Shown in pieces: positions 1-12,367 of a stretch of DNA of 32,735 nucleotides. The translations under genes and the position numbers were made by a program. Each line of letters begins with the position of its first letter. Position 1 is the stretch's first letter. Below the pieces are notes generated by a model. The model saw nothing but the letters and a program-made list of their open reading frames with translations. It was not told the DNA's origin and did no database searches. Origin of the DNA: Streblomastix strix (lineage: Eukaryota); NCBI GenBank assembly GCA_008636045.1, contig SNRW01000066.1:1-32735 (forward strand), given 5' to 3'.

Positions 1-686
1 ATCATAGAAGGATATGAAACATTCTGATACTCAACCACTGTATATATTCAACTCAGATGATGTATGGAGGCATCTGAATGTACCACTTCCTTTATTGTAG
101 ACATCACTATCTACTATAAAAGAAGGGCATGAATAAGAAAAAGAAAAAAGATTGCAGGAGAAAGAATAAAAATAAACTGATAAATCAAAAGTTAAAAACA
201 AGTTCTTCATCATAAGGAAAAGAACTTGAAGACATTGACAAACGTATTCCTATTCACATTCCATAGCCACAAAGAGCTGTGAATTATCTGGTGAAAGAAG
301 AAGAAGAAGGAAGAGCAGTTGTAGTTGTTGAATAAGGAAGTGAACTAAGGAAAGAAATATTAGATTCAGATGATTAATTAGATAAGAATTAGTCAGGAGA
401 TGTGAATAAGGCAATAAATAAAGAAATTGATGGAAGCGATGAGAAAGATGACGATTAAGAAGAAAACAAGCCCAGCGAAGATGCTTGATGATTGAAATGA
501 ATCAGAAAAGGAAGAATTACGCTGATTGGGTGAGTTAATATTTGACTATTTGACTTTTTATTATTAGTATTTATTTAAATATTGAATTTTTTGTGATATT
601 TGAAATGAATGAAATAAAATAAAATTTGATAGATATTTAATTTTTTACAATGGAAGCTTTTTCGGAGTTTATTTCGTAAATTTCTT

Positions 687-2780
687 TTGGATTTAGCTCC
701 TTTTGGATTGTAGTCCCTGTTATTGATATATACAATATCTATTCAATATATTAAGTAAACTAATCTTAAGAGAGATTCTAATCCAAAAGATAAGGATTAG
801 AATAAATCTAAGAAACTTAAGAATGACATTAATAAGAAGAGGATATACATTCCTAAAGATAAGAAGAATAAATGAATATTCAATCATCCTATTTGAATTC
901 AAATCAATGAATAAAATATAATATATTTTTTTTTTGAATTTTTAATGTTTAGTTAATTTAATGTATTTTATGAATTGGTTAATACAAATGATAATATTCA
1001 TATTAGTTTGATTAAAATGTAATGAATAAAATAAATCAATTTAAAAATAAATAAAAATTATTAAATGTAAATAAAATAAACTTCTTCTTCTTAATCTGCA
1101 TTCTTTCTCGCGTATAACAAATCCATCTCATTCAATAAAGGCTTTGTTGACTAATTCATATCAAATGAAGATGAAATAATTATCAAATATTATTTATATT
1201 ATTCATTTATATAATTCATTCTTTAGTTCTATGTAAGATATTTATGCACTAATTTGAATATGTTTATTCATTAGAATCAATCGTCAATGTCTTCAAATGA
1301 TTGTTTATCTCCTTTCAAATTAATTTATTTGTTATTTTTTTAGAATGGAAGAGTTGATAAATGCAAATTATTATTGTATCTTTTATAATCTTATCTCTAT
1401 ATTATTGAAATAGAGAATGCAATTTCTGATTATCATTGCTTGCTTACATTGCATTGAAATGTGGATGCGGTTGTTGATTGGATGATGTTTTTGTTCTTAA
1501 TAAGAAGAATAATGTTTATTGATTTCATTATGTTGGTTATAATCTATAAGAATAAGAAGGCTAAAATAAATGTATTAATCTAGATCTATGATTCTTGTTA
1601 TAGATTTGTAATCCGATTTCATTACTTGCTGATGCTGTCATGCATTCATTTATAACAGAATATCAAAGTGATGATTAATCAAGTTATCTGTTTGCAAAGA
1701 ACTAAATAATTACAAAAATTATTCAAGAAGTGATTATTCAGAGTCAAAATTATTCATCTATCTATCTATTAATGCTAAATAAAGAATAAGAAATTAATTC
1801 TAAAATAATTAGAATCCGATGATATTCTTATATCAGCAATAAAATAAGATAGAAAAGATAATGAACTTCGACTCCAAATAATCTAATCTGGAATAATTGA
1901 TGCAATTCTGCCTAAAGCCACAAATAGAGAACTTAATTAAGTCACATTTAGATGCTCAGATGCATTCATTCATCTTACATATCATTCTAATCATATAAAT
2001 CTGCAATTTGCGTGAATCTTTTGCAAATTAATAAGATAACTAGCAAGAAGAATCTTTAAATAGGTCCATTTGGGAAGAACTTATCTACTATTTTGCATTT
2101 TCTAAATAAAAAAGATAAAAAGAATAATTACAATATAGAAAATTAAATGAAAATATAAAAATAATAATTGTACGTGAATAATGAATGAGAAATAATTCAG
2201 AAAATAAAAATCAGTTTCTCACAATTATTTTAAGAATTAAAATTAATAATAATTGCATAAAGAACAGAAAAATAAAGATATTAATTAATATTTAAGATTA
2301 TAATCTATTTCTTTTATCATGACAATGAGTTATGCGATGATTAAAATTAGGAAAAGTTCGCTTGTATTCAGAACGATGCATAAGAAGTTGAATATATAAT
2401 TAATAAATGTTATGAATGTACAAATTGTAATAGCGTAAAATTATAAAGATTAATTAGAATATAAACTTAAATAGAAGCTGAAATTCGACTTTTTATTGTT
2501 CTGGTGTATATTGAAAATAAAAAGAATTAAAAACTAAAATATTATGCCATAAATAATGCATGCACAAAATTAATAAATATTCCGCATTGTTTGAACACAT
2601 GTACGCTGAATGGCGCGTATTTTTCCTTCCAAATAAGGCGCTGCTTTTTCTACTCCCCCTGTAATAAAATTATCTCACCATTTTTGCCTCTATTGTTTCT
2701 TGTGTTTGTGCGCTGTTTCTACAATTTACTTTAATTTATACAATTTTTCTATCACTTTTAAGCACAATTTTTTGAAAAAT
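687..2780. repeat. Host tandem-array block A, copy 1 (contains degenerate ARM-like coding fragments on both strands)
   Basis: Shares long near-identical stretches with 5633-7260 and 30272-32359 (e.g. TTTGGATTTAGCTCC..., AATCTGCATTCTTTCTCGCG...). Fragments QPHPHFNAM (- strand) and RKDNELRLQIIQSGIIDAIL (+ strand) are interrupted by TGA and frameshifts. Confidence 0.85.
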
Positions 2781-2983
2781 CGTTATTTTGCTGATTTAAA
2801 TCCATCCTTTCTATTTCCAAATAAGATATTTTCTAATTTTTCTTTAGTCACAACTATGTTATTTAATAAGTTTATAATGTTAACACATTTAATCTCTTAA
2901 ATTCTCCATTTATTTTCGATGAAATTTTAATTTTTATAATTTGCAAATGCCCAATCAATAAATATTAATTTTTATTTATTATT

Positions 2984-3054
2984 ATTTATTTTCTAATAAA
3001 TGTTACTCTCAAACATTTATTTTCTAATAAATGTTACTCTCAAACATTTATTTT
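2984..3054. repeat. 31-bp tandem duplication
   Basis: ATTTATTTTCTAATAAATGTTACTCTCAAAC occurs twice, followed by a partial third copy. Confidence 0.9.
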
Positions 3055-3136
3055 GATTTAAATTATTTTTTACTAATAAATTCGTCCGACATTAAACAAA
3101 TTTATTTTTTAACTTTGTTTTCTCCTATACTTTCAG

Positions 3137-5352
3137 TTGAAATGGAAGAAACAACTTTTCGACCTGATTAGACATCATTATTCGGTACAACAAGTGGGGC
3201 AGATATATAAGTATGAATATTTTATATTTTATTCTTATTTAATCACTTTATTAATTTTTCAGACAATTATTCCCAGTTTGATACAAGATCTCGAATCTGA
3301 TGTAACAAATCTGCATATTCCTGCACTTAGATAATTACTGGAGATTATATTGGATAGTATTATTTCATTATTTTATTCTATTATTCTGTTATATTCACAT
3401 TTACCTTTCTTATAATTTCAGATCGTGAAAACAAAGATTTGACATCGAAATACAAATTGATGCGTTTGTTGAACAAATTTGTTGAAAATGTTGAAAAGAA
3501 TTAAGAATATGTTTAATATTTAATTAATTTAATTAATTAATTTAATTAATTATTTTTATTTTAAAAAATTTATTAAATTTTATATTAATTATTTTTTATC
3601 AGGTTCTGAGCACAACAATCTTACATGTTATTGGAGTTCGAAATGGAAGTGATAACAAAATGATTCTTGCTTGTGCTGCAACCGATTCAATTATTCTTTC
3701 TTTATTTGTATATTAATCATATTATATTTTACTTACTTTTATAATTTATTTATTTATATTCAGTCTCCAGATGAAAAATAATCGAAATCCGGAAGCAAAT
3801 CACTTTGTGAACTTATTGAAGAAAATGAAATAATCCGAAATTCACTGATGACAACTGGATTCATCTTGAAAGTTCAACATTCGTTCACTAATAACTAATA
3901 ATCTTCTTCTTCATCTTCATCTTCTTCTTCCTCATAAACAGAAATCACAACACCTTATCACGTGAAATGTGGAATTCTTGATGTTTTACTGAAACTTATT
4001 ACAAGTTGTGATGATCTTGAACCAACTTCAATTCTTATTCCAATATTAACTGAATTTCAGAAGAATGGAGAAAAAGAAATAAAGAAAAAATCGGAAAATA
4101 TTTTCTTTTTATTAAATGCCAAAGGAATCAATTCTCCTTCATCTGAATCTGAATCTGAATAATTAAAAGAAAAAGATTGCAAGATTCAATAATTGGAAGA
4201 ATCTAACAAACTTAAGGATGCAGAAATAAATAAATTGAAATAAGAGAATTTAAAAGAGAAATAAGAATAAGAAAAAGAAAGAATTGAAAAAGAAAGAAAA
4301 GATTAAGAAATAAATAAATTGAAAGACTAGAATTAAAAAGAGAAATAAGAAAAAGAAAGAGAAAGAATTGAAAAAGATAGAAAAGAAGAAAAAATAAAAA
4401 AATTGAAAGATGAAAATAAAAAAATGAAAGAAGAAAATGAAAAATTGAAACCAAAACCACCTCAAGGTTTATTCTTCTTTATTTATTAATATAAAAAATT
4501 ATTTTATTTCCATCTTTTTATTCATTCAATTCATCTGTCAATTCAGATTTCCCCATTGCAATCCATAATCCAGATCCATCAGATATTGATTTCTCTGATA
4601 TTGATGGAAGGATGAAAAAGATAACAAATAAACAAAGAAGAAGTAAAACAATCTCATTGACTCAAATATTAGAGAATGGAATCTGGGAAATTGAAACTGA
4701 ATTCTCTGGAGATCTTTAATTAACATGTTTATTTCTATTATATTTTGTTTATTAAATTTATTAAATTTAATTTTTTTCAGGTATTGGAGTTATGAAAGAT
4801 TCACTCAACTTCTTATTTAGATAACATTCTACACGTTGTTCTGGTATATTATTTCTTTGTTATTTTCCCAATCACTATTTTATTTTCATATATTTAACTA
4901 TTTTATTCTATTTTAAGATCGATGTGTTTCATATTCCTCAAAGTATATTTATCTTATTTTCATTTATTATTATTAATTTATTCTATTATTATTTTATAAT
5001 ACAGATAATGGATTGATGGATAAATTTTTTATAAAAACAATTTAACATCTGGAAATGAAGGATATTCAGCAGGTCAGAAAGTGAAACAATAATTTGATTC
5101 AGAAAAAGGAACATTGATATTCTTTGTTGATGGAGTACAAGAACCTGTTTATATCTCAGGAATTAAAGAGAAAGTTCGTTTCTTTGTATGATTCATTTAT
5201 ATTTAATATTCACATATTTATTTATTATATAATTTAATATCGTTCAGATTTGCATGTACGATGCTAGTTCTTCATGCACCATTCGATCTCTTAAGAAACT
5301 CAGTTCACCAACTTCTGAACATGTTCCAAATGAAAAAGCAGTATAATGGTGA
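3137..5352 (+). CDS. Host multi-exon gene: ARM/HEAT-like region, coiled coil, C-terminal SPRY/B30.2-like domain (5' end not defined; may be non-functional)
   Basis: Exons are separated by ~55-90-nt AT-rich GT...AG introns (e.g. 5186-5247). K/E-rich coil at 4160-4460. C-terminus FDSEKGTLIFFVDGVQEPVYISGIKEKVRFF/ICMYDASSSCTIRSLKKL...AVQW*, with TGA at 5350-5352. Confidence 0.7.
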
Positions 5353-5632
5353 AATAACTGATCAACTTGAGTAATACAAAGATTAATCACGAGTGAAAGA
5401 ATAAAATAATTTCTTAAATAATATTCAAATAAATTCACTTGCAATCACTTCTTTTAATATCAAGCTTAATATACAATATAAAATTCACTTTTCAAAAAAA
5501 ATTAAAAAATTTAAATTATTTTTTTATCATTTTTTATTTGCTTTAACATTAAATATTATTAAAACATAATAATGAACATAAATATAATGAAATGAAATAT
5601 AAATTATCTAATTTATATCAAATGTCAATTCA

Positions 5633-7260
5633 TTTGGATTTAGCTCCCTTTTAATTGTAGTTCCTGATACTGTTATATTCAATATCTATTCAATACATTG
5701 AGATAACTAATCTTACTGGAGATTCTAATTCAAAAGATAAGGATTAGAATAAATCTAAGAAACTGAAGAATGACATTGATAAGAAGAAGATATACATTCC
5801 TAAAGATAAGAAGAATAAATGAATATTCAATCATTATTTTTCAGTTCGCATCAAAGAATTAAATAAAATATATTTTTTTGAATTTATAATTTCAAGTCAA
5901 TTTATTGTATTTTATGAATTGGTTAATACAAATGAAAATATTCATATTAGTTTGATTAAAATGTAATGATTAAAATAAATCAATTTAAAAATAAATAAAA
6001 ATTATTAAATGAATATAAAATAATCTTCTTCTTAATCTGCATTCTTTCTCGCGTATAACAAATCCATCTGCTTCAATAAAGGCTTTGTTGACTAATTCAT
6101 ATCAAATGAACATGAAATAATTATCAAATAATATTTATATTATTCATTCATAAAATTCATACCTTAGTTCTATGCAAGATATCTATGTATTAATTTAAAT
6201 TCATGCTTTGTCCATTCATCAGAATCAATCGTCAATGTCTTCAAATGGCTGCTTATCTCTTTTAGAATCAATTTATTTGTTATTTCGTTAGAATGGAAGA
6301 GTTGATAAATGCAAATTATTGTTGAATCTTTTATTCAATTATCTTTATTTTATTGAAATAGATAAAACAATTTCTAATTATCATTGCTTGCTTACATTGC
6401 ATTGAAATGTGGATGCGGTTGTTTATTGGATGATGTTTTTGTTCTTAATAAGAAGAATAAAGTTTATTGATTTCATTATGTTGGTTATAATCTATAAGAA
6501 TAAGAACGCTCTAATAAATGTATTAATCCAGATCTACGATTATTGTTATAGATTTGTAATCCGATTTCATTACTTTCTATTATTGTAATGATTTTATTTA
6601 TAACAGAATATCAAAGTGATGATTAATCAAGTTATTTGTTTGCAAAGAACTAAATAATTACAAAAATTATTCTAGAAGTGATTATTCAGAGTCAAAATTA
6701 TTCATCTTTCTATCTATTAATGCTAAATAAAGAATAAGAAATTAATTCTAAAATAATTAGAATCCGATGATGTTCTTATATCAGCAATAAAATAAGATAG
6801 AAAAGATAATGAACTTCGACTCCAAATAATCTAATTTGGAATAATTGATGCAATTCTGCCTAAATCCACAAACAGAGAACTTAATTAAGTCACATTTAGG
6901 TGCTCAGATGCATTCAACTATCATAAATATCAAACTAATCGTATAAGTCTTCAATATGCGTGAATATTTTATCTATTTATAAGAAAACTAGCAAGAAAAA
7001 TCCTGTAATAGGTCCTTTTCTGTTGGTTATAACTATTAATTTGCAATTTCTAAATAAAAAAGAAAATATGAAGAAGTATAATTTTGGAAATTGAACGAAA
7101 ATGAAGTTTAATTTAAAAGGTCATGAATTATGAATGAGAAATTGTTCCGAAAAATTAAAAGCAGCTTTAAGCTACTATTTAAAGAATAAAAATTATAATA
7201 AATTGTAAAAAGAATAGATAAATAAAATATTAAATAAATTTTTAAGATTATAGTCTATTT
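5633..7260. repeat. Host tandem-array block A, copy 2 (cut by the virus left end)
   Basis: Colinear with 687-2310; homology ends at ...AAGATTATAGTCTATTT immediately before AGTAGT. Confidence 0.85.
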
Positions 7261-7344
7261 ATAAGTAGTATATAAGTGAGAAGTTCGCCTCTTCATGTTT
7301 TGAAAGTCGTTTTGTATTTATAGCCCTCCAATAAATATAATAGT

Positions 7345-7420
7345 TTGGCTTTCATGGCTTAACGCTCATACGTTTCGCTGCTTGCGCAGCTCAACGATTC
7401 GCATTTCGCCATTCAGTCAA
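7345..7420 (-). other. Subterminal 76-nt hairpin with periodic GA/GA internal loops
   Basis: Plus strand TTGGCT-ttc-ATGGC-tt-AACGC-tc-ATACGTT-tc-GCTGC-[TTGC]-GCAGC-tc-AACGAT-tc-GCATT-tc-GCCAT-tc-AGTCAA. Confidence 0.75.
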
Positions 7421-7495
7421 TCCATTTACTTAATTAAAAAATTAAAAAATAAAATAAAAAAGTTTGTTTTCAAAGTTTGTTTTAAAACGTTAATG

Positions 7496-8086
7496 TCAAA
7501 TATATAATTCATATTCCCTCATTTGTGGCTAAGGTGGCAATTGTTAAATTTCGGGTTCTTCTTCTCTAACTTCTTCCTTCTAAATTATTTATTTTGGCTA
7601 TTTGTAGCCCTTTATTTTTTGCTTATATTTCTCTATTTGTTTAACAGCATCTTAATGTTATTATTTTATAAATGTATTTTCCGTTCTCAATCGTCTAAGT
7701 TCTTCCAAATCGAGCTACGGATTAGTATAATTTATCTATGGCTATTTTGAACTTTTAACTTTTCGCTTTCTGACTACTTTTTTTAATGGCTTTTCTCTTA
7801 CTTCGCTTTAACTTTATGAGCCTTCAGTTTCATTTTCATACTCCGCAATCTCATCTTCTTCTTCATCAATAGGTTTTTATATCTTCTTTTTCCCTATCCC
7901 CCCAGCGCTTCGTGCCTACAAAAGCACCTTATTTTATTATATCTAAGCTAATGCCCGCGCTGTTTTTTTCCCTTCTTCATAAACCTTTATTTTATTTTTT
8001 CCAACCTGCATAATATATCCATTATCGAAATATTCTATTTATATGCCATTCTCAATCAAATTTTTTAATGCATGTGCCTAATCCAT
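7496..8086 (-). CDS. Hypothetical viral protein (196 aa), charged/coiled-coil
   Basis: Open ATG 8086 to TGA 7496-7498 with TAR=Gln (MDQAHALKNLIENG...MREYELYI*). Confidence 0.65.
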
Positions 8087-8109
8087 TTTAATATTTTAAA
8101 AATAGTAAA

Positions 8110-8811
8110 ATGATTAAAGGAATCAAAAGAAATTAATTGCGCATGTCAAAGACAAAGAAATAAATGTCCCAGTTAAAATAAAAGGAACTACAGGACCAAG
8201 ATAAAATAAAACTGTAAATATTCGATGAAGCAATTAGCCGCATAAAAATAATGCCAGCAGAGGAAGCAACAACTGAAAGGTCTTTTATGTAGCCCCAAGA
8301 ACAGGAACAATCAGCAAGAAACCGTAAGAAATATAACATAAATAAATATAAAGAAGTGGAACGTACCACTGCACAAGTTGAGCCAGAAGAGGCTATATAA
8401 AAGCTTGCAGAAGAATAACCAAGAAATATATATTTATCTCATCCAAATTTAGAAGTTCAAAAGTTCGTCATTGACACAATTTGGCGAACAAATACCAAAC
8501 GCTAGCGTGGCGATGACGTTGTTTTCTCCTCGGATAACTTCATTAAATTCTGGGCACTAATCATCTAGAACGATGAGGAGGATGTTGAAATAGCATTAGA
8601 GGAAGCCATTATTTAACCGCATACATGCATACCAAAAAAGCTAAAGAAAAAGGACTTAATTAGAGTATAGGATATTTTAATCAAAAATGTATCCGTTAAA
8701 GTAATTGATAATGTATTGTATAATTCAATTGAAAAATTATTTCGGGTTAATTGTGATTTTATTCGTCTCAGTGATACACCAGAGACTGAAATAAATGAAA
8801 ATGATTTTTGA
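8110..8811 (+). CDS. Hypothetical viral protein (233 aa)
   Basis: Open ATG 8110 to TGA 8809-8811 with TAR=Gln (MIKGIKRNQLRM...TEINENDF*); divergent from 7496-8086 across only 23 bp. Confidence 0.7.
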
Positions 8812-8842
8812 AACATTAATAGAAACATTTAATTTTATATAA

Positions 8843-9880
8843 ATGGACACAGAAATTTTAAGAGATTTATAAAATCTCGATGAAGATGATTTAGCTAACG
8901 AACAATAATAGTTCCAACTATTGAAATAATAATAGAACGAGTAAATGAAATAAATTAAGTAAAAAATTCAATTAATGACAATCATTGATACTCAAACATT
9001 AAAGTGATTTTCTTATCAGTTTCAATTTTTTAAAAAGGATGTTGGTTTCGTTAATCTAAAAACCAATCAAACCATTCGCGGAATCAAAACATTTTTATCA
9101 CCTATTTATGTGGATAAAATAATCAAGCAAGGCGGCACAAATAGTTAAATTCTACTGGCTAATTGAGATACAACAGATATGGGGGATTTTTGCCTAAATA
9201 TTATCCTCATGCAATGGGGTAATTAATTATGGAGCCTAATGATGATATACGCAATTAAGGTATAAGGATAATGAAAAATAAGGCGAATTGGGATAGTTTC
9301 ATACTCACTGGCTGCAACGCCGATCCCTCAGATAGAGATGGTGAATGGAAAGTTGGATCTACTTCATCATAATTTAGGATATAAAAATAAGTAGATGATG
9401 CTTATGATTATAAGGGTATAATTATTGATTTCGATTGCACAACATTAAAATTTAACTATTAAATTGTTTCATCTTTACTTATCGAATATGCTACTTAATA
9501 AACACTTGGCATTGGTGTATTTGATTTCTGTACTTGGGGCTAAGCAACCTTATTAAATAACCGTGTGTATATTTTAATAGGTATAACTCACTCAAACCCT
9601 AATACTAATTGGAATATTGGATACACTCTATTTTCTGTTATACATGATTCTGCAATGTCAAACTTCAGTGGTTCATCTCGTAATTTACCCCTTAGTACTG
9701 TTATGTTAGTGACCAAGTAATCTAGTAATCCAGTGCTATAAACTAATGCTGTTGTTATTGATTGTTTTATTGACCCAGATGGGCAAATTAAAATTATTAC
9801 ATAATGCTAATTTAGTTTGCCTAATGATTTTTTTTGTATAAGTATGCGATTCATATGCTATTTATAATTAGACGAGTTGA
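8843..9880 (+). pseudogene. Second fibre-like gene, degraded
   Basis: Fragments QTIRGIKTF, IIKQGGTNSQILLAN*DT, QGIRIMKN and KGIIIDFDCTTLKFN parallel motifs in the 12368-14143 protein. Several frameshifts and an in-frame TGA at ~9164; the end coordinate is approximate. Confidence 0.6.
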
Positions 9881-9898
9881 TATTTTAATAATATATAA

Positions 9899-10024
9899 AT
9901 GAACCCCTATAATGAAACCATTATTTATATCCTTGATTAATTAAATATAAATTGACATGATATATTTTAAGCAATTTGGGAGGCAGCAATAAAATATGCC
10001 TGCGAAAGTAAGATATGCCGATGA
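9899..10024 (+). pseudogene. Very small viral ORF with one in-frame TGA
   Basis: TATATAAATG start context; MNPYNETIIYILDQLNIN*HDIFQAIWEAAIKYACESKICR*. Confidence 0.35.
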
Positions 10025-10038
10025 AAAATAATTATTTT

Positions 10039-12023
10039 TCAACCATTACGAATCATTGAGCCCCCCATCTCTCCAATCACCTCCATGATAAGCACTTATG
10101 TGTCTGGGTTATCATCAAACATTATCCTGACTATAGCATCACAAAGATAATGGGTAATTGGTGTCAGTCCAACCTATACAGGGTCAGGATACGCTCTTGT
10201 GCCACTAAATTCTGCAAAAACCTTTTATTTTTATGTATTATTTATATCCATTGTTTCATTAATTTCTAGCACTAAATTACCATTTAAAATAACCTATATA
10301 TTCGTTCTAGCACTAATTTTTGAAGAATTATAGCCTCGCATAAATGAATCATCAGTGGCTAATTTCCAAGCGAGCATAAATTTATTAGTGTATAATGTTT
10401 TAGTTTCTTTTGTTCCATTAAATAAAGTAGTTCGATAAAATATATTTGCTTGCTTCATATTGGCTGCTTCTGCGCTGTTATATCCATAAAAGTATTTTTA
10501 ATCGTCTGTATTTATATTCTCGAAGGTAAGAGAATAATACAAATCAGAGGGGGCACTAACTACATCCTAATTAACGAAACAATCAAACATTTAGCCATTA
10601 TCGGCTTAAGTTAATGCTTCATATGGTTATGGTATCACATGGCGCTAATCGATGACCAAATCGAAGGTGTGGAATAAGACAGTGAAAAACCACGTAGGAT
10701 ATTTAGGCATGGCGAAAGTCATAAACATAGCCTTAATGTTCGAGAATGACATAATACTTTATAGGCTGCCGCTTATGGTACCAAAATTATTAAATAGAAA
10801 ATTGGAAAATTATGACTTTATTACTTGTGTTGGGAAATTAATGATTTTTTGGCTTTGGATAAATTAAATAATCGCGTCCTCATTTTCTATATTGAAACAT
10901 ACATTTTATATTTTTAATTTTGTAAATACTGCATCTTTAATTTAGCTTATGGTGTTCTATGGTGCTTTACCATCAACAGCTACACCTTACATATTAACAA
11001 TTCGGGCACTAAATTTACCATAATTATATACATAGGTATCCGATTATGTGCCAGTGGTGACTACAACATGAGCAATGTCATTTTATAAATAAATTATATC
11101 TAGTTTCTCTGGTGGAATCATTTAATAAGCCAAATGACTATTTGCTACAGTATCAGTTTTATTTAGCCATACAACCTTCAAATCTTATAAGAAATCTTGC
11201 ATCCAGAGCTATAAATATAATGATGCGAAATTTCTTGTCAAAACAGGAAATGAATTAAATATCGGGTTCAATTAATTTAAATCAAAAACACCACTAAAAA
11301 CAATATCATCAGGTATTGGATAATACCATGCATTTGTTGCTGATCGTGTATTTATGTCGCTTAATGGCACGTCTATAAATACCCCACAATGGCGTTTTCC
11401 TGCTATGATACTTCTAGTGGTGAAACGCTGACGGAGTTATTAGTGCATAAATCACTTAATGAATTTGTACAAATTACGGCTTGCTCTCTTGCATAAATTG
11501 ATGTATCCCATAATTTCGTGCTATCTTTACATATGGTAAATTAATTAAATGGGCCGCAAGCAGTGGAAAATCCTAACCAAAAACGCAAAACTTCAATTAG
11601 TGCATATCTTTATGCCCCCTATGTCATATCGTCAGTTTGTTCAGTTGTTATACTCGCTTTTCCATTAAAATTTACAGCTGCATTAGCTGCTGCGTCGCTA
11701 TTAACGACCGTCGCAGGTACTTTATTTAATTATATTGCCAGTGTATTTTTAGGTATTTTTATAGCCCAATTTACTTAGCAAGTTTAAACCATTGAGCAAG
11801 TAGTCGATCCTCTTGCTGCTAGTGGAGCACGGGTATATTTAACACCGGCAGATTTTAATTGAGTAAATGGCTGGTCAAAAAATTCTTATTTTGATATGGT
11901 GAAAGATTATGGGTGAATGCTCATGGTTTTCAATACCTTCCCCATAGCCATATAGTCACTAATCTAGTCCGAGTGTTGCATTTTAGCCAATCTACTTAAA
12001 TAATCGCTTGAGTTGAATGACAT
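10039..12023 (-). pseudogene. Probable major capsid protein (double jelly-roll expected), one 1-nt frameshift
   Basis: ~660-codon reading frame MSFNSSDYLSRL...FWLGFSTACGPF...SIYAREQAVI...KFMLAWKLATDDSFMRGYNSS...EMGGSMIRNG*. One A is apparently missing at ~11412 (PLE/SIIAGKRHCG). The capsid assignment rests on size, beta-rich composition and context; there is no diagnostic motif. Confidence 0.65.
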
Positions 12024-12104
12024 TTTAAATAAATAAAAATAAATAATATAAACGATTAAATTAATGATTAAAACAAATGAATCTATTATTTTATTATAAA
12101 GTAA

Positions 12105-12311
12105 ATGGGATTTTTCAGTAAGATAGCAAATTTCGGTTCGAAAATTTTAGGTGAGGTTAAGCATGCGGCTCAGTGGATAGCTCCAACTCTTCATAAAGTT
12201 CTTACAACTGTTGCTGGACCAGCAGGAATGATCAATCCAGGCATTGGCGCCGCACTTGGTGCAGGTTCTAATCTTGCAGGGGCAGTGGATAGATTGGTAA
12301 ATAAACGCTGA
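12105..12311 (+). CDS. 68-aa peptide, MG N-terminus, amphipathic helix; candidate membrane-lytic virion protein
   Basis: Intact ORF ending in TGA, divergent from the capsid gene: MGFFSKIANFGSKILGEVKHAAQW..., with a Gly/Ala-rich C-terminal half. Confidence 0.75.
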   Translation: MGFFSKIANFGSKILGEVKHAAQWIAPTLHKVLTTVAGPAGMINPGIGAALGAGSNLAGAVDRLVNKR

Positions 12312-12367
12312 TAGATCCATCAATGGCCACATTAATGTTTCCGTTAATTATTTTTATTTTTATATAA

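Noticed and set aside
1..550. Host gene at the window start
   Set aside because: Ser-rich minus-strand fragments are interrupted by TGA and have no recognisable motif, so no product call can be supported.
4212..4726. Phe/Leu-rich minus-strand ORFs in the ORF track (also 28390-29266)
   Set aside because: They are antisense shadows of the A-rich K/E coiled-coil and SPRY exons on the plus strand, not membrane proteins.
5006..5060. Diversity-generating retroelement explaining SPRY variability
   Set aside because: No reverse transcriptase or template repeat in the window, and differences between the two copies are not evidently confined to adenines.
7523..8828. ORF-track entries 7523-7750 (+), 8133-8369 (-) and 8613-8828 (-), and similarly 10652, 11563, 12147, 17436, 18246, 24654, 25794 and 27398
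   Set aside because: Each is antisense to a longer TAR=Gln gene with a coherent start, a TGA stop or conserved motifs.
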